From: Fidelibacterota bacterium
GTDB taxonomy: Bacteria; Fidelibacterota; Marinisomatia; Marinisomatales; JABMOV01
Direction: 5' to 3'
Length of the DNA stretch: 10,049 nucleotides
NCBI GenBank assembly: GCA_046861395.1
Contig: JBHHUC010000066.1
Span: 1 to 10,049, forward strand
Part shown: piece after piece, positions 7,460 to 10,049 of the stretch
Numbering within the stretch: the stretch's first letter is position 1
How the letters are laid out: the number at the start of each line of letters is the position of its first letter
The notes under the pieces: generated by a model
The model's database searches: none
What the model saw: only the letters and a program-made list of their open reading frames with translations
What the model was told of the DNA's origin: nothing
Program-made: the position numbers and the translations under genes

Positions 7460-8140
7460 ATGTGGAAAGAGTTTATACAGGCCTGGCGATCGGATAACCT
7501 GTTGAATCAGGCTTGGGAACGGTCGTACGATATGTTAGCCATCTCCCGGGACATGTTTGTGGAAAGTACACGAGTGTTGCGGACTACCGATGGCGCCGAT
7601 GTGAGTTTGAATATCCGCAAACAGGATAAGAAAATAAACCGTTATGAACGTGAAGTACGCCGGAAGGTTATGACACATTGTTCCATCGGCGGCTCCGGTA
7701 TCATTGGAGGTATGGTCCTGACCAGTATCGTTATTGATATCGAAAGGATTGGAGACTATACGAAAAATATCCTGGAACTGGCTATTCGTCATCCCAAACG
7801 ACTGGTAGTGGACGATTTTGAATCCGAATTAACTGAGGTGGAAAAATATATTACCATTCAATTCGAGAATATTATCGATATCCTGAAAACCAGTGATGAG
7901 GCACAGGCTCGAAAAATGATTAAGACCTATCGGAAAGAAATTAAAGAAACCTGTGATGCCATCGTGAATCAGTTCATTGGGGGGGAAGTCTCAGGCATTC
8001 CGGTGGATACAGCTACGGCTATGGCGCTATATGCCCGGTATTTAAAACGAATAAGCTCCCATTTGACCAATATTCTGACCAGCGTAATCAATCCTTTCGA
8101 GCGGATTGGGTTTAAAGAAAAAAAGCAAAATCAATTATAA
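7460..8140 (+). CDS. Stand-alone PhoU-domain protein
   Basis: DKKINRYEREVRRKV and SIVIDIERIGDYTKNI match the PhoU repeat; the second repeat ends ARYLKRISSHLTNI. The SD GAGGTG (7450-7455) overlaps the nptA stop codon. Confidence 0.85.
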   Translation: MWKEFIQAWRSDNLLNQAWERSYDMLAISRDMFVESTRVLRTTDGADVSLNIRKQDKKINRYEREVRRKVMTHCSIGGSGIIGGMVLTSIVIDIERIGDYTKNILELAIRHPKRLVVDDFESELTEVEKYITIQFENIIDILKTSDEAQARKMIKTYRKEIKETCDAIVNQFIGGEVSGIPVDTATAMALYARYLKRISSHLTNILTSVINPFERIGFKEKKQNQL

Positions 8141-8173
8141 GATAGATATTTAAATATATAGGGTTTATTGGTG

Positions 8174-8200
8174 TTAGCACTCATTTAATTAGAGTGCTAA
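8174..8200. promoter_or_regulatory. CIRCE element (HrcA operator)
   Basis: Exact consensus TTAGCACTC-N9(ATTTAATTA)-GAGTGCTAA, about 100 nt upstream of the groES start. Confidence 0.97.
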
Positions 8201-8206
8201 AATTGG

Positions 8207-8236
8207 TTGATAATCCTTAGTCCGTGCTTTTAAATT
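8207..8236 (+). promoter_or_regulatory. Putative sigma70-type promoter of groESL
   Basis: TTGATA (8207-8212), an 18-nt spacer, then TAAATT (8231-8236), immediately downstream of CIRCE. Identified by pattern match only. Confidence 0.45.
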
Positions 8237-8299
8237 TCCCGCTGCATTTTAGCAGATTATTAACGCTTAACCATAAACTAACTATAAAAGGAGTAATCA

Positions 8300-8590
8300 A
8301 TGAGTTTGAGTCTCAAGCCATTGTCTGATCGTGTAGTAGTTGAGCCCATGGAAGCCGATGATGTTTCCACTGGTGGGATCATTCTACCCGACACAGCAAA
8401 AGAAAAACCACAACAAGGTACTATCGTCGCCGTCGGTCCCGGCAAGCACAGTGATTCCGGTACCCTCGTTGAAATGAGCGTTAAAAAGGGTGATGTTGTA
8501 TTATTTGGAAAGTTTTCCGGAACCGAAGTAACCGTCGACGGAAAAGAATATTTAATCATGCGTGAAAGCGATATACTGGGAATTCTCTAA
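8300..8590 (+). CDS. groES: Co-chaperonin GroES (Cpn10)
   Basis: [12 protein letters not shown], mobile loop [23 protein letters not shown] and [20 protein letters not shown] at 8288-8293. Confidence 0.99.
   Translation: MSLSLKPLSDRVVVEPMEADDVSTGGIILPDTAKEKPQQGTIVAVGPGKHSDSGTLVEMSVKKGDVVLFGKFSGTEVTVDGKEYLIMRESDILGIL

Positions 8591-10049
<1,459 letters not shown>

Noticed and set aside
50..7792. Other short alternative-frame and minus-strand ORFs in the track (e.g. 50-418, 492-947, 1502-1777, 2355-2690, 5622-5903, 6514-6756, 7535-7792)
   Set aside because: All overlap well-supported + strand genes along essentially their whole length, and none has family motifs.
8146..8157. Perfect 12-bp palindrome ATATTTAAATAT after phoU
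   Set aside because: It is purely A/T in an AT-rich spacer, so it is likely by chance and too unstable to be a terminator.
8249..8275. Second CIRCE-like half site (TTAGCAGAT)
   Set aside because: There is no matching GAGTGCTAA right arm at 9-nt spacing.

Overview
A densely packed bacterial chromosomal segment with every credible gene on the + strand. The host lineage cannot be fixed from this window; an FCB-group or Marinimicrobia-like organism is only a guess. Gene order: 5'-truncated MscS-family channel, DUF423/YgdD membrane protein, trimeric dUTPase, then a six-gene phosphate/polyphosphate cluster, then a perfect CIRCE operator, groES and a 3'-truncated groEL (absent from the supplied ORF track because it runs off the window). 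The cluster comprises a Na+/Pi cotransporter with an unusual N-terminal signal peptide plus Ig-like (Big_1) domain and C-terminal PhoU-like region, a CHAD polyP-binding protein, two tandem class I PPK2s, a second NptA-type Na+/Pi cotransporter and a stand-alone PhoU. The most notable observations are the apparent sodium-coupled phosphate/polyP module, the Ig-fused transporter, and a dUTPase that closely resembles the Plasmodium enzyme as recalled from memory. No RNA genes, CRISPR arrays or mobile elements were seen.
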